A stretch of DNA of 64,000 nucleotides. Source: an uncultured Acidimicrobiaceae bacterium (lineage in GTDB: Bacteria > Actinomycetota > Acidimicrobiia > Acidimicrobiales > Bog-793). Below, piece after piece: positions 52,517-62,091 of this stretch. The stretch is from NCBI GenBank assembly GCA_963725215.1, contig CAVRXQ010000006.1, positions 2,469 to 66,468 on the forward strand. Direction: 5' to 3'. The notes under the pieces are model-generated. The model was not told the DNA's origin. It did no database searches and saw only the letters and a list, made by a program, of their open reading frames with translations. Positions within the stretch are counted from its first letter, which is position 1, and each line of letters starts with the position of its first letter. The translations under genes were made by a program, and so were the position numbers.

Positions 52517-53767
52517 ATGTCCGAGCAGTCGGCACCGTCGAAAGGTGAGGAGGCACCCGAAGAGGGGCCAATTCACCCGTCTGTTCGCGCGACGTTGACC
52601 GCGGGCGTCTTACGCGAGCAATCTCGGGACGAGCGCAGGGTCGCGCTGGTGCCGGATGACGTTGCGAAGCTGGACGGAATCTCTATCGACGTCGTGGTCG
52701 AGTCCGGAGCGGGCGAGGCGTCTTTCTTCCCCGACCTGGCCTACGAAAAGGCGGGCGCGACGATCGTCGATCGATCCGAGTGCCTTTCGCGCTCGAACGT
52801 CATCCTTTGCGTGTCGCGACCAGAAGAGAGCGATGTGCAGTCGTTCGGCGCCGGCCAGGCCGTTGTCGGAATGCTCGAGCCCCTCGTCGATCCTGAGTAC
52901 GCGAAGGCGATCGCCGCTCGCGGCGCGACGGGTATCAGCCTCGATTTGTTGCCGCGCACGCTTTCGCGCGCGCAGACCATGGACGCCTTGAGCTCGCAGG
53001 CAAGCATCGCTGGCTACAAGGCGGCGCTGTTGGGGGCGAGCACGTTCACGAGGTATTTCCCATTACTGATGACGGCCGCAGGCACCGCTCGGCCCGCGGA
53101 GGTCCTCGTCCTCGGCGCCGGCGTCGCCGGTCTCCAAGCAATCGCAACGGCGCATCGCCTCGGTGCCGTCGTCCGCGGCTACGACGTGCGGCCAGACGCG
53201 AAAGAGCAGGTGGAATCGCTCGGCGGTCGCTTCATCGAGTTGACCTCGGTAAGCGATGCCGCCGGCGAGGGCGGCTACGCGCGGACCTTGACTGCGGACG
53301 AGACCAAGGCCCTCCAAGAGGAGCTGAACGCGCACATCGCCACCCACGACGTCGTGATCACGACGGCGCAGGTTCCCGGACAACGGCCACCGGTGCTCGT
53401 CACGAACGAGGCGATCGATGCGATGAAGCCAGGATCCGTGATTGTCGACATGGGATCGAGTGCCCTCGGTGGCAACGTCGAAACGTCGCGGCCCGGAGAG
53501 ACCTTCGTCACCGACGGCGGGGTGACGATCGTCGGCGCGCAAAACCTCGCCTCGACGATGGGTGCCGGCGCATCGATGGCGTATTCGCACAACATCTGCG
53601 CGCTCGTCGCGCACTTCGTGGTTGAGGGGAAGTTCGTCGTCGATCTCGAAGACGAGATCCAAAAAGGCGTCGTCGTCACCCACGACGGAGCCATCGTCAA
53701 CGAGGCCACTCGGGCGCGGCTTGGAAATTCCGCCGCCGCGCCCACGAGTGAGGATGCCGAGCGATGA
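52517..53767 (+). CDS. pntA: NAD(P) transhydrogenase alpha subunit, part 1 (domain I)
   Basis: ERRVAL, RAQTMDALSSQA, GAGVAGLQA, DVVITTAQVPG, GGNVE. Confidence 0.93.
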   Translation: MSEQSAPSKGEEAPEEGPIHPSVRATLTAGVLREQSRDERRVALVPDDVAKLDGISIDVVVESGAGEASFFPDLAYEKAGATIVDRSECLSRSNVILCVSRPEESDVQSFGAGQAVVGMLEPLVDPEYAKAIAARGATGISLDLLPRTLSRAQTMDALSSQASIAGYKAALLGASTFTRYFPLLMTAAGTARPAEVLVLGAGVAGLQAIATAHRLGAVVRGYDVRPDAKEQVESLGGRFIELTSVSDAAGEGGYARTLTADETKALQEELNAHIATHDVVITTAQVPGQRPPVLVTNEAIDAMKPGSVIVDMGSSALGGNVETSRPGETFVTDGGVTIVGAQNLASTMGAGASMAYSHNICALVAHFVVEGKFVVDLEDEIQKGVVVTHDGAIVNEATRARLGNSAAAPTSEDAER

Positions 53768-54090
53768 GCACCAGCCTGATCACCGATATCACGATTTTCG
53801 TTCTCAGCTTGCTCGTCGGCTTCGAGGTCATCTCGAAGGTTCCCCAGACGTTGCACACCCCGCTGATGTCGGCCGCGAACTCGATCCACGGTGTCGTGAT
53901 CGTCGGGGCGTTTCTCATCGCGTCGACGGCGCACAACACAGTCGGCTACGTTCTCGCCTTCATCGCCGCGGTGTTCGCGGGGATGAACGTCGTGGGTGGC
54001 TACGCGGTCACCGGCAGGATGCTGCAGATGTTCCAACGGCGCCCGGCGAATCCCGGGCAACAATCGGACAAGGACGAGAAGGTCGCGTGA
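53764..54090 (+). CDS. NAD(P) transhydrogenase alpha subunit, part 2 (membrane)
   Basis: VPQTLHTPLMSAANSIHG, NVVGGYAVTGRMLQMF. Confidence 0.93.
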   Translation: MSTSLITDITIFVLSLLVGFEVISKVPQTLHTPLMSAANSIHGVVIVGAFLIASTAHNTVGYVLAFIAAVFAGMNVVGGYAVTGRMLQMFQRRPANPGQQSDKDEKVA

Positions 54091-55517
54091 TGGGCGCGTT
54101 CACCGACGCGATCACGCTGATTTACCTGCTGGCCGCAACGTGCTTCGTCATCGGATTGCACCTGATGAACGCCCCTCCGACAGCCAATCGCGGCAACCAG
54201 GTCTCGGCGGGGGGAATGGTGATCGCCGTTGGGGCGACGCTCGCCCTGATCGCGCACGACAACACCGTTTCCACGATCGGGTGGCTAATGCTCACGCTCG
54301 GGGGCGTGCTCGGTTCGGGAGTGGGCCTTTATCTCGCGCGCTCTGTGGAGATGACCGCAATTCCACAACTCGTGAGCGCGTTCAACGCGGTGGGCGGCGG
54401 CGCCGCCGCGCTCGTCGCGATCGCGGAATTCGTCCGGCTCGCAGGACTCGTTAACGCGCCTGCGATCCCGGCGAGGATCTCTGTCTTCACTGTCCTCGAC
54501 ATCGTCATTGGCGCCGTCACCTTCTCAGGATCGGTGATCGCGGCTGGGAAGTTGCAAGGCATCGTCCCCTCCCAACCCGTCGTCGTTCCGGGCGGCAGGT
54601 TCGCGAACCTCGCCTTGTTTGCGGCGATCTGCGCGGGAGCGGGATACATCTTCTCGGGCGCCAATAGCGACTTGACCCTGATCGGCATCACGATCGCGTC
54701 GTTGATCATCGGCGTGGTCATGGTGATGCCAATTGGCGGGGCCGACATGCCAGTCGTGATCTCGCTCTTGAACGCGTTCACCGGAACCGCGGTCGCGATG
54801 GCGGGGTTCGTCATCGACAACGTTTCGCTGATCATCGCCGGAGCCCTCGTCGGGGCTTCTGGGAGCATCCTTACGAAGCTGATGGCCGACGCGATGAATC
54901 GCTCGATCCTCAACATCGTGGCGGGGGGCTTTGGGACCGGCGACGCGGTCTCGGTGATCGGCGCCGGCGCGAGCGGGCAGGTCCGCTCGGTCTCCGCCGA
55001 CGACGTCGCGATCCAGCTCGCCTACGCGAACCAAGTGATCATCGTCCCTGGCTACGGTCTTGCGGCGGCCCACGCCCAGCACGCCGTGCGAGAACTCGAA
55101 GTCCTGCTCGAACAGCGCGGCGTCGACGTGCTCTATGCAATCCACCCGGTCGCCGGTCGGATGCCAGGTCATATGAACGTCCTTCTCGCCGAGGCGGAAG
55201 TCCCGTACCAGAAGCTTCGGACGATGGAGGAGATCAACCCGGACTTTCCCCGCGCCGACGTAGCGCTCGTGATCGGAGCGAACGACGTCACAAATCCCGC
55301 CGCTCGCCGCCCGGGCAACGCGATCTCGGGGATGCCAATCCTCGATGTCGACAAGGCGAAGAGCATCATCGTCATCAAGCGCTCGATGGGTCACGGGTAC
55401 GCCGGGATCGACAACGAGCTCTACACCGATCCGAAGACCGGCATGTACTTCGCCGACGCGCTCGCCGGGTTGCGGGCGATCACCGCGGCCGTCAAGACAC
55501 TCGTCGGCGCCGGATAA
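54090..55517 (+). CDS. pntB: NAD(P) transhydrogenase beta subunit
   Basis: PQLVSAFNAVGG, IGGADMPVVISLLN, VPGYG, HPVAGRMPGHMNVLLAEA, GANDVTNP, GYAGIDN. Confidence 0.95.
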   Translation: MGAFTDAITLIYLLAATCFVIGLHLMNAPPTANRGNQVSAGGMVIAVGATLALIAHDNTVSTIGWLMLTLGGVLGSGVGLYLARSVEMTAIPQLVSAFNAVGGGAAALVAIAEFVRLAGLVNAPAIPARISVFTVLDIVIGAVTFSGSVIAAGKLQGIVPSQPVVVPGGRFANLALFAAICAGAGYIFSGANSDLTLIGITIASLIIGVVMVMPIGGADMPVVISLLNAFTGTAVAMAGFVIDNVSLIIAGALVGASGSILTKLMADAMNRSILNIVAGGFGTGDAVSVIGAGASGQVRSVSADDVAIQLAYANQVIIVPGYGLAAAHAQHAVRELEVLLEQRGVDVLYAIHPVAGRMPGHMNVLLAEAEVPYQKLRTMEEINPDFPRADVALVIGANDVTNPAARRPGNAISGMPILDVDKAKSIIVIKRSMGHGYAGIDNELYTDPKTGMYFADALAGLRAITAAVKTLVGAG

Positions 55518-55540
55518 ACTCGGCTCGACTGCGCAGTGCT

Positions 55541-55564
55541 GATGCCCGGCCTCGGCCGGGCATC
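55541..55564 (+). terminator. Hairpin after pntB (probable terminator, no U-tract)
   Basis: GATGCCCGGC-CTCG-GCCGGGCATC, perfect 10-bp stem. Confidence 0.7.
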
Positions 55565-55618
55565 GTCGCGTCCGGAGCCACTTTGTTCGAACCGGCGACC
55601 GGCACCGCGAAGTCCCAG

Positions 55619-55683
55619 GTGGTTGACGGTGGTGAGCTCAAGTCATAGAGTGGCGCGAAGTGGAGGATTAGGGAGAGGGGCGG
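55619..55683 (+). promoter_or_regulatory. dcw promoter with MraZ-type direct repeats
   Basis: -35 TTGACG 55623-28, 17-nt spacer, -10 TAGAGT 55646-51; GTGG/AGGG/GCGG at 10-nt period (55650, 55660, 55670, 55680) and GTGG at 55619, 55629. Confidence 0.75.
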
Positions 55684-55725
55684 CTCGTCCGGCCGCCGTG
55701 GTGCCCTCCAGAAGGGATCTTCGCT

Positions 55726-56148
55726 TTGGGCCCCGAGTCCACGTTCTTCGGGAGGTACGACCACTCCCTCGACGCCAAGGGTCGGCTCATCCTTCCCTCG
55801 CGCCTGCGGACGCGACTCGGTGCGCGCTGCTTTCTCACCGCGCACCTCGAGGGCTGCCTCGCGCTGTGGCCAGGCGAAACCTTCCTGTCGGAGATCGAGA
55901 GCCGCGAATCCGAAGCCACCGACACGTGGTCGCGCAACGCCGTCCGGGAGTGGTTTGCAAAGGTCGCCGAGGTCGAGCAGGACAACCAGGGACGGATCCT
56001 GATCAGTTCCGAGCTGCGGGAATATGGCGGGCTCGAGCGCGAGGTGATCGTGATCGGCGTCCACACGCACGTCGAGCTGTGGTCACCCGGGCGCTGGGCG
56101 AGTAAGGAGCTCGCGCCGGCGGGCGTCGAACACGTCATCGGGCCGTGA
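55726..56148 (+). CDS. mraZ: Division/cell wall cluster repressor MraZ
   Basis: GRYDHSLDAKGRL, EGCLALW, QDNQGRILI, VELWS. Confidence 0.93.
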   Translation: MGPESTFFGRYDHSLDAKGRLILPSRLRTRLGARCFLTAHLEGCLALWPGETFLSEIESRESEATDTWSRNAVREWFAKVAEVEQDNQGRILISSELREYGGLEREVIVIGVHTHVELWSPGRWASKELAPAGVEHVIGP

Positions 56149-56239
56149 CCGAGTCGATCAGCGATGTCCGCGCGGCCGTTCTGTCCGGGATTCGTAACGA
56201 CGCAGCGCCACGACATTCACCCCCGGGGGTTCCCTGGTC

Positions 56240-56354
56240 CATCCGCAGCTCCTCGGCTGCGCTTGCTGATGGTCAGCATCCACCCCTCTCCGCTCATCTC
56301 CATCCGCTTGACGGGGTTCCCTCCACCCCGGACGCGGTCGGGGAGCTGCGGATG
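56240..56354 (+). ncRNA. Structured rsmH 5' leader, candidate mraW-motif-like RNA
   Basis: 18-bp helix 56240-57 with 56337-54 (two G-U pairs) enclosing hairpins at 56264-78 and 56312-30 (loop TCCCTCC). Confidence 0.55.
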
Positions 56355-57322
56355 AGCCAGGGAACCTTCCACGTCCCGGTGATGGTGGAGGAGGTCCTCG
56401 ACCTCGTGCGCCCTTGCCCTCCCGGCGTGATCGTGGACGCGACGGTTGGAGGCGGCGGTCACGCCGCCGCGATCCTCGACGATCGTCGCGACGTCGTCGT
56501 GGTCGGGATCGACCAGGACGACGAGGCGATCTCGGCCGCCACAGAGCGTCTGGCTGCTTTCGGGGGCGCGCGATCGTTCGCCGGGGACGCTTTGACGAAC
56601 TTGACGCGATCGTCGCAGCGATGCCGGGATCGGGTTTTGCCGAGGACGGCGGGATATCGGCGGTCCTGTTCGATCTCGGAGTGAGCTCCCGACAGCTCGA
56701 CGCGCCGGGACGCGGCTTCAGTTATCGACTCGATGGTCCGATCGACATGCGAATGGACCAGCGATCCCCGACATCGGCGGCCGACCTCGTCAACACGGCC
56801 GGCGCGCAGGAATTGGCAGACCTGTTCCGTCTGCACGGCGAGGAACGTTTCGCGAAGCGCATCGCCGACTCGATCGTGCGCCGCCGCCCGATCGCGACGA
56901 CGACGGAACTCGCCGACGCGGTTTCGGCGGCCATCCCCCACGCGCATCGCCGCCGGGGACACCCGGCGCGGCGGGTCTTCCAGGCCCTGCGTGTCGCGGT
57001 GAACGATGAACTGAAAACGCTCGAGACGGCGCTCGATAAGAGCATCGACTTGGTCGCGCCCGGTGGACGCATCGTCGTCATCTCGTACCACTCGGGTGAG
57101 GACCGCATTGTGAAGCGCCGCTTTCGCGAATGGTCGTCGTCGCAGTGCTCGTGCCCACCGGGTGTCCCATGTGCATGCGAAACAGCCCCAATGGCCCGTC
57201 TGCTCACAAAAGGAGCGGAACGTCCGAGCGCCGACGAGATCGATCGCAATCCGAGAGCACGCGAGGCGCGACTGCGCGCAATCGAGCGCGCCGACGCTCC
57301 AAAAGACGAGGCCGCGCCCTGA
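56352..57322 (+). pseudogene. rsmH: 16S rRNA m4C1402 methyltransferase, split by a 1-nt frameshift (error or real)
   Basis: HVPVMVEE, DATVGGGGH, GIDQD in one frame; DLGVSSRQLD, RGFSY, LDMRM-like IDMRMD, FQALRVAVNDE, ISYHSGEDR, NPRAR in another; junction at G5 run 56562-66. Confidence 0.85.
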
Positions 57323-57816
57323 TGGCCGCGGCACGGCCGCTTCCCGCGACCGCACGCCCGCGCCGGCGCGCGACCGCCGGCTCTGGCGGCCGACGGGCCG
57401 GCGCCTCGTCGCGCACGAACCGTCGGGTCGACACCTCATCGCGTAAGCGCCCTTCGCACCACACGAAGGTCGTCGATCACCGCGCGGCCGATCGCAGGAA
57501 GATGCGCCGGCGGACTCGACTGCTGCTCGTCGTGGCGGTCGTCCTCGTCGCTGGGACGTTGTTCGCTGTCGCGGGTGGGCAGGCTCTCGTTGCTGCTCAT
57601 CAAGTAGAACTCGACCAGGCTCAGCAGTCGCTAACGACCGCCGTCGCGCGCGATCAGAATCTCGAATTCACGCTTTCGAAGCTTGAATCGCCTGCTCGCA
57701 TCGTAGAGATCGCTGAGGGGCGCTACGGGATGATCGTGCCTCAAAGCGTCGTGTACCTCGCGCCGGTCAACCCTGGCCCCACCGTCATCACCGCGGCCAA
57801 GAGGTCGAACCGGTGA
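57322..57816 (+). CDS. ftsL: Cell division protein FtsL-like
   Basis: Basic N-terminus, one TM, coiled coil then LESPARIVEIA...GMIVP; between rsmH and ftsI. Confidence 0.75.
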   Translation: MAAARPLPATARPRRRATAGSGGRRAGASSRTNRRVDTSSRKRPSHHTKVVDHRAADRRKMRRRTRLLLVVAVVLVAGTLFAVAGGQALVAAHQVELDQAQQSLTTAVARDQNLEFTLSKLESPARIVEIAEGRYGMIVPQSVVYLAPVNPGPTVITAAKRSNR

Positions 57817-59546
57817 GTTCGAAGGGCCGCCGCCGACCGTCGGCAACGACGATTCGGCTTCGACGCATCTCAGCGGTTGCGGTCCTTCTCATCGCCGGGC
57901 TCAGCATTCGGCTCGTGCTCGTGCAGGTGTTCGACGGCTCGCGCTACGCGTCGTACCTCAGCGGAGAGGTCGAACAGAAGGTCTCTCTTCCTGCCACCCG
58001 TGGGGCGATCTACGACAGCACGGGCAACGTGCTCGCCGTATCGGTCGAGCGCACGAACGTCATCGCTGACGATTTCCAGATCACCCATCCCGACAAAGAG
58101 GCGTCCGCGCTTGGGGCATTGCTCGACGAGCGCGCCTCGAAGCTCGCGCGAGAACTCTCCCAAAAGAACGGGTACGTCGTGATCTCCCGGGCACTCACGA
58201 ACAAAGTCGTCGATCCGATCGAATCGGGCGGCTTCGCGGGGCTGTCGTTTTCGACGGTGCAAGAACGCGTGACCTCAGGCGACGGCGTGTTCCAGCCCGT
58301 CCTCGGGGACGTAAACACGTCAAACCTCGGATACTCGGGCATCGAATACGCGTTCGACGGCGCGCTCTCTGGTCGCGCTGGGAGCGAGGTCGCCACCGTC
58401 GCTCCAGGAGGGATCACCCTTCCAACCAAACCCCGTGACGTAGTGGCGCCGCACGCGGGAACGGGGATCGTGCTCACGATCGACGAGCCGTTGCAGGTCG
58501 AGACCGAGCGCGACGTCGCCGCGCAAATGCGCGCCACGCACGCCAACAGCGGGATCGCGGTGATCATGAACGTCCACTCCGGTGCGATCCTCGCGATGGT
58601 CGATCTCGTGCGAAATCACCGTGGGTCGATCGTCCCTGCGGAGCAAAACCTCGCCGCGACGAACGTCTATCAGCCAGGTTCTGTGATGAAGCTCGCGACG
58701 GTTTCGTTCGCGCTCCAAGATGGGCTGATCACCCCGTCGAGCTTGTTCACCGTTCCGTATTCGATCAACGTCGGGGGCTATCAATTCCAAGACGCCGACT
58801 TCCACCCGACCGAAGCGATGCCCGTGTCTCAGATCCTCGCCCAGTCGTCGAACGTCGGAACGATCGAAATCGCGCAGCGCCTTGGCTTAGAGCGGCTTTC
58901 CCGGGCGCTCTCCTCCTACGGCTTCGGACGCCCCTCGGGGCTCGGCTGGCCGGGGGAGTCGCCTGGGATCGTCGGGTCACCCGCGACGTGGTACGGCTCG
59001 TCCGCCGCCTCCGTGCCGATCGGCACCGGGGTCGCGGTGACCCCGCTCCAGATCCTCGATGCCTACAACTCCGTCGCCAACGGCGGCGTCTTCGTCACCC
59101 CCCACCTCGTCGAAGGACTCGTGAACGACAAGGGCGTTGAGCACCTCGTGGCGCCCCGGATCGGAAGGCGGGTGATCGACGAGTCGACGGTCGCGCAGCT
59201 CGTGCCGATGCTCGAAGGCGTCGTACAAGACGGAACCGCCGTGCTGGCGCACATCCCCGGTTACACGGTGGCCGGGAAGACGGGAACCGCTCAAGTTCCC
59301 GATGCGACAGGTCTTGGATATGTTCCAGGTGACTGGAATGCAACGTTCGTCGGTTTCGTACCGGCGCAGTCGCCGCAGCTCTCGGGCATCGTTGTCTTGA
59401 ACCACCCGACACCGATCTACGGTGGTTCGGTGTCTGCACCGGTCTTTTCGAAGATCATGCAGTACGCACTCAGGCGATTTGACATCGCCCCGCCGACTGC
59501 TTCGACGACGTTGACATCGACGTTGCGACGCGGCAGTTCGAAGTGA
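57813..59546 (+). CDS. ftsI: Penicillin-binding protein (FtsI/PBP3)
   Basis: RGAIYD, YQPGSVMK (SxxK), SSN, GKTGT. Confidence 0.93.
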   Translation: MSSKGRRRPSATTIRLRRISAVAVLLIAGLSIRLVLVQVFDGSRYASYLSGEVEQKVSLPATRGAIYDSTGNVLAVSVERTNVIADDFQITHPDKEASALGALLDERASKLARELSQKNGYVVISRALTNKVVDPIESGGFAGLSFSTVQERVTSGDGVFQPVLGDVNTSNLGYSGIEYAFDGALSGRAGSEVATVAPGGITLPTKPRDVVAPHAGTGIVLTIDEPLQVETERDVAAQMRATHANSGIAVIMNVHSGAILAMVDLVRNHRGSIVPAEQNLAATNVYQPGSVMKLATVSFALQDGLITPSSLFTVPYSINVGGYQFQDADFHPTEAMPVSQILAQSSNVGTIEIAQRLGLERLSRALSSYGFGRPSGLGWPGESPGIVGSPATWYGSSAASVPIGTGVAVTPLQILDAYNSVANGGVFVTPHLVEGLVNDKGVEHLVAPRIGRRVIDESTVAQLVPMLEGVVQDGTAVLAHIPGYTVAGKTGTAQVPDATGLGYVPGDWNATFVGFVPAQSPQLSGIVVLNHPTPIYGGSVSAPVFSKIMQYALRRFDIAPPTASTTLTSTLRRGSSK

Positions 59547-61060
59547 CGAGTTTGGCTGTGGTGGACGAAACGATCGCCGTGACTATCGACAAGATCGTGG
59601 AGCGCGTTCAGCCGCTCGCGGTCGTCGGCCAGACGGCGGGTGTTGCCGTTACCCACGTCGCCTTCGACCACAGGAGCGTCACACCCGGCTCGATGTTTTG
59701 TTGTCTCGTCGGAGCGCAAGCAGACGGTCACGATTTCGCGTCTCTCGCCTATCGACGTGGCGCCGTGGCGTTCATCTGTGAGCATTCCTTGGGCAAAGAA
59801 GTCGGTTCCACCGCCCAGCTCGTCGTCGGGCCAGGGATGGCTCGACAAGCGATGGCCCTCGCGGCCTGCGCGCTCTACGACGATCCCGCACAAAAGATGC
59901 GCATGGTCGGCGTGACAGGAACGAACGGCAAGACGACGACGACGCAACTCCTCCGCGACATCTTCGAGGTCGAACACTGGTCGACGGGCGTTGTCGGCAC
60001 CCTGGGCGGGGTGAGGACGACGCCGGAATCACCGCGCCTGCAGCGACTGCTGTCCGAAATCCACAACAAGGGCGCGGTCGCGTGCGCGATGGAGGTGACA
60101 TCACACGCCCTGGCGCAGCATCGCGTCGACGGAATTCGATTTGACGTCGCGGTATTCACAAACCTGTCGCAAGATCATCTCGACTTCCATCATTCGATGG
60201 AGTCGTACTTCGCCGCGAAGGCGGAGTTGTTCACCCCGGATCGGGCGCGATTCGCGGTGATCTGCCGGGACGACGAGTTCGGGCGGCGGCTACTCGGAAA
60301 GAGTCAGATCCCGGCCGTCTCTTACTCGCTCGAGGACGCGCACGATCTCGAGGTCGGACTGTCGGCGTCGCGTTTCCGACTCGGAAAGCGCGACGTCGTG
60401 CTTCAAATGGGTGGGGAATTCAACGTGAAGAACGCTCTCGCCGCGGCGTTCACGGCGCGCGCGCTCGGGGTTGAGCCGGATGCGATCGTCGAAGGCCTCG
60501 CCCGAGCACAGCACGTTCCCGGTCGATTCGAGACGATCGAGGGAGACAACGGGGTCGTGGCGATCGTCGACTACGCGCATACCCCCGCAGGGATCGAAGA
60601 GGTCTTGCGTGCCGTTCGACGCGATCGGAAAGAGCATGAGGTGACCGATCGGTCGAAAGTGATCCTCGTGTTCGGCGCGGGCGGCGATCGGGATCGAGGC
60701 AAGCGCCCGGCAATGGGAGCGATCGCGTCACAGCTGGCGGACGTCGTCGTGTTGACGAACGACAACCCGAGAAGCGAGGACCCGGGACAGATCGTGGAGG
60801 ACATCAAAGCGGGGATGTCCGGGGAAGCCCAGGTCGTCGTGGAACTCGACAGGCGCAGGGCGATCCTCGAGGCGCTCACGAGCGCCCGCCCGGGGGACGT
60901 GGTGGTTGTCGCGGGAAAGGGTCACGAAACTACCCAGGAGTTCGCCGACCGGTCGGTCCCATTCGACGATCGCCAAGTCGTTCGCGACGAGCTCGCGCGC
61001 CTCGGTTGGCGCATGAAGCGCCAGCGCGCGGGGATCGAAGGCCAAGCGGGCACGCAGTGA
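59543..61060 (+). CDS. murE: UDP-MurNAc-Ala-Glu:meso-DAP ligase
   Basis: GTNGKTTT, MEVTSH, FTNLSQDHLDFH, VDYAHTP, GAGGDRD, DNPR (meso-DAP motif), AGKGHE. Confidence 0.96.
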   Translation: MTSLAVVDETIAVTIDKIVERVQPLAVVGQTAGVAVTHVAFDHRSVTPGSMFCCLVGAQADGHDFASLAYRRGAVAFICEHSLGKEVGSTAQLVVGPGMARQAMALAACALYDDPAQKMRMVGVTGTNGKTTTTQLLRDIFEVEHWSTGVVGTLGGVRTTPESPRLQRLLSEIHNKGAVACAMEVTSHALAQHRVDGIRFDVAVFTNLSQDHLDFHHSMESYFAAKAELFTPDRARFAVICRDDEFGRRLLGKSQIPAVSYSLEDAHDLEVGLSASRFRLGKRDVVLQMGGEFNVKNALAAAFTARALGVEPDAIVEGLARAQHVPGRFETIEGDNGVVAIVDYAHTPAGIEEVLRAVRRDRKEHEVTDRSKVILVFGAGGDRDRGKRPAMGAIASQLADVVVLTNDNPRSEDPGQIVEDIKAGMSGEAQVVVELDRRRAILEALTSARPGDVVVVAGKGHETTQEFADRSVPFDDRQVVRDELARLGWRMKRQRAGIEGQAGTQ

Positions 61061-62091
61061 TCTCCATCTTCGAGGCGGGCGCGGTCGCCATGCTCGTGGC
61101 CGCATTCGGGACTCCGCTTTTGATGCGTACGCTCGTCACCCGTCGCATCGGCCAACAGATCCGCGAAGACGGGCCCGCGTACCACGTGATGAAGGCGGGG
61201 ACCCCGACGATGGGCGGTGTGGCGCTGATTGTCGCGGCGACGATCGGTTATCTCTTCGGTCACGTCGGCACCAGTGCTCGCTTCACACTGGGCGGCGCGT
61301 TCGCCATGGGCGCGATCGTGCTCGCCGGGTGCATCGGAGTGGCCGACGATTGGCTGAAGGTGAGCCGACGTCGCAGCCTCGGTCTGAACAAGCGCGGGAA
61401 GCTCGCGCTGCAGGTGCTCCTCGGCGTGGTGTTCGCGTTCTTGGCGGAGCATTTCGCCCACGTGAGCACGACGCTTTCGTTCACCCGAGCGAACATCCCC
61501 GGTGTCGCGTTCGGAGCCGTCGGCTGGTTGATCTGGGCGACTTTCATCATGACCGCGGAAGCAAACGCGGTGAACCTCACCGACGGGCTCGACGGTCTCG
61601 CCGCGGGCGCTGCGGCGTTCAACTTCGTCGGCTTCACGCTGATCGGCTACTGGGAGTACCGCCACGTGCGCATCTACCACGTGCACCCTTCGCTCGATCT
61701 CGCGCTGGTTGCAGTCGCGATGGGAGGTGCGTGCGTCGGCTTTTTATGGTGGAACGCAGCGCCGGCACGCATCTTCATGGGCGACACCGGGTCGCTCGCT
61801 ATCGGGACCGCGCTCGCGTGTCTCGCACTGGAGATGAATCTCCAACTTCTGTTGCCGATCATTGGAGGCCTATTCCTCGTCGTCACCTTGTCGGTCATCG
61901 TGCAGATCGTGAGCTATCGCGTATTCCACACCCGGATCTTCCGCATGGCGCCGATCCATCATCACTTCGAGCTCGCAGGCTGGCCCGAGACGACGGTGAT
62001 CGTCCGGTTCTGGATCTTCTCCGGGCTGTGCACCGCGCTCGGCCTCGGGGTTTTCTACGCGGACTTCTTGGGCGTGAGGTCATTGCTGTGA
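61057..62091 (+). CDS. mraY: Phospho-MurNAc-pentapeptide transferase
   Basis: KAGTPTMGG, ADDWLK, NAVNLTDGLDGL, FMGDTGS, MAPIHHHFEL. Confidence 0.96.
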   Translation: MISIFEAGAVAMLVAAFGTPLLMRTLVTRRIGQQIREDGPAYHVMKAGTPTMGGVALIVAATIGYLFGHVGTSARFTLGGAFAMGAIVLAGCIGVADDWLKVSRRRSLGLNKRGKLALQVLLGVVFAFLAEHFAHVSTTLSFTRANIPGVAFGAVGWLIWATFIMTAEANAVNLTDGLDGLAAGAAAFNFVGFTLIGYWEYRHVRIYHVHPSLDLALVAVAMGGACVGFLWWNAAPARIFMGDTGSLAIGTALACLALEMNLQLLLPIIGGLFLVVTLSVIVQIVSYRVFHTRIFRMAPIHHHFELAGWPETTVIVRFWIFSGLCTALGLGVFYADFLGVRSLL

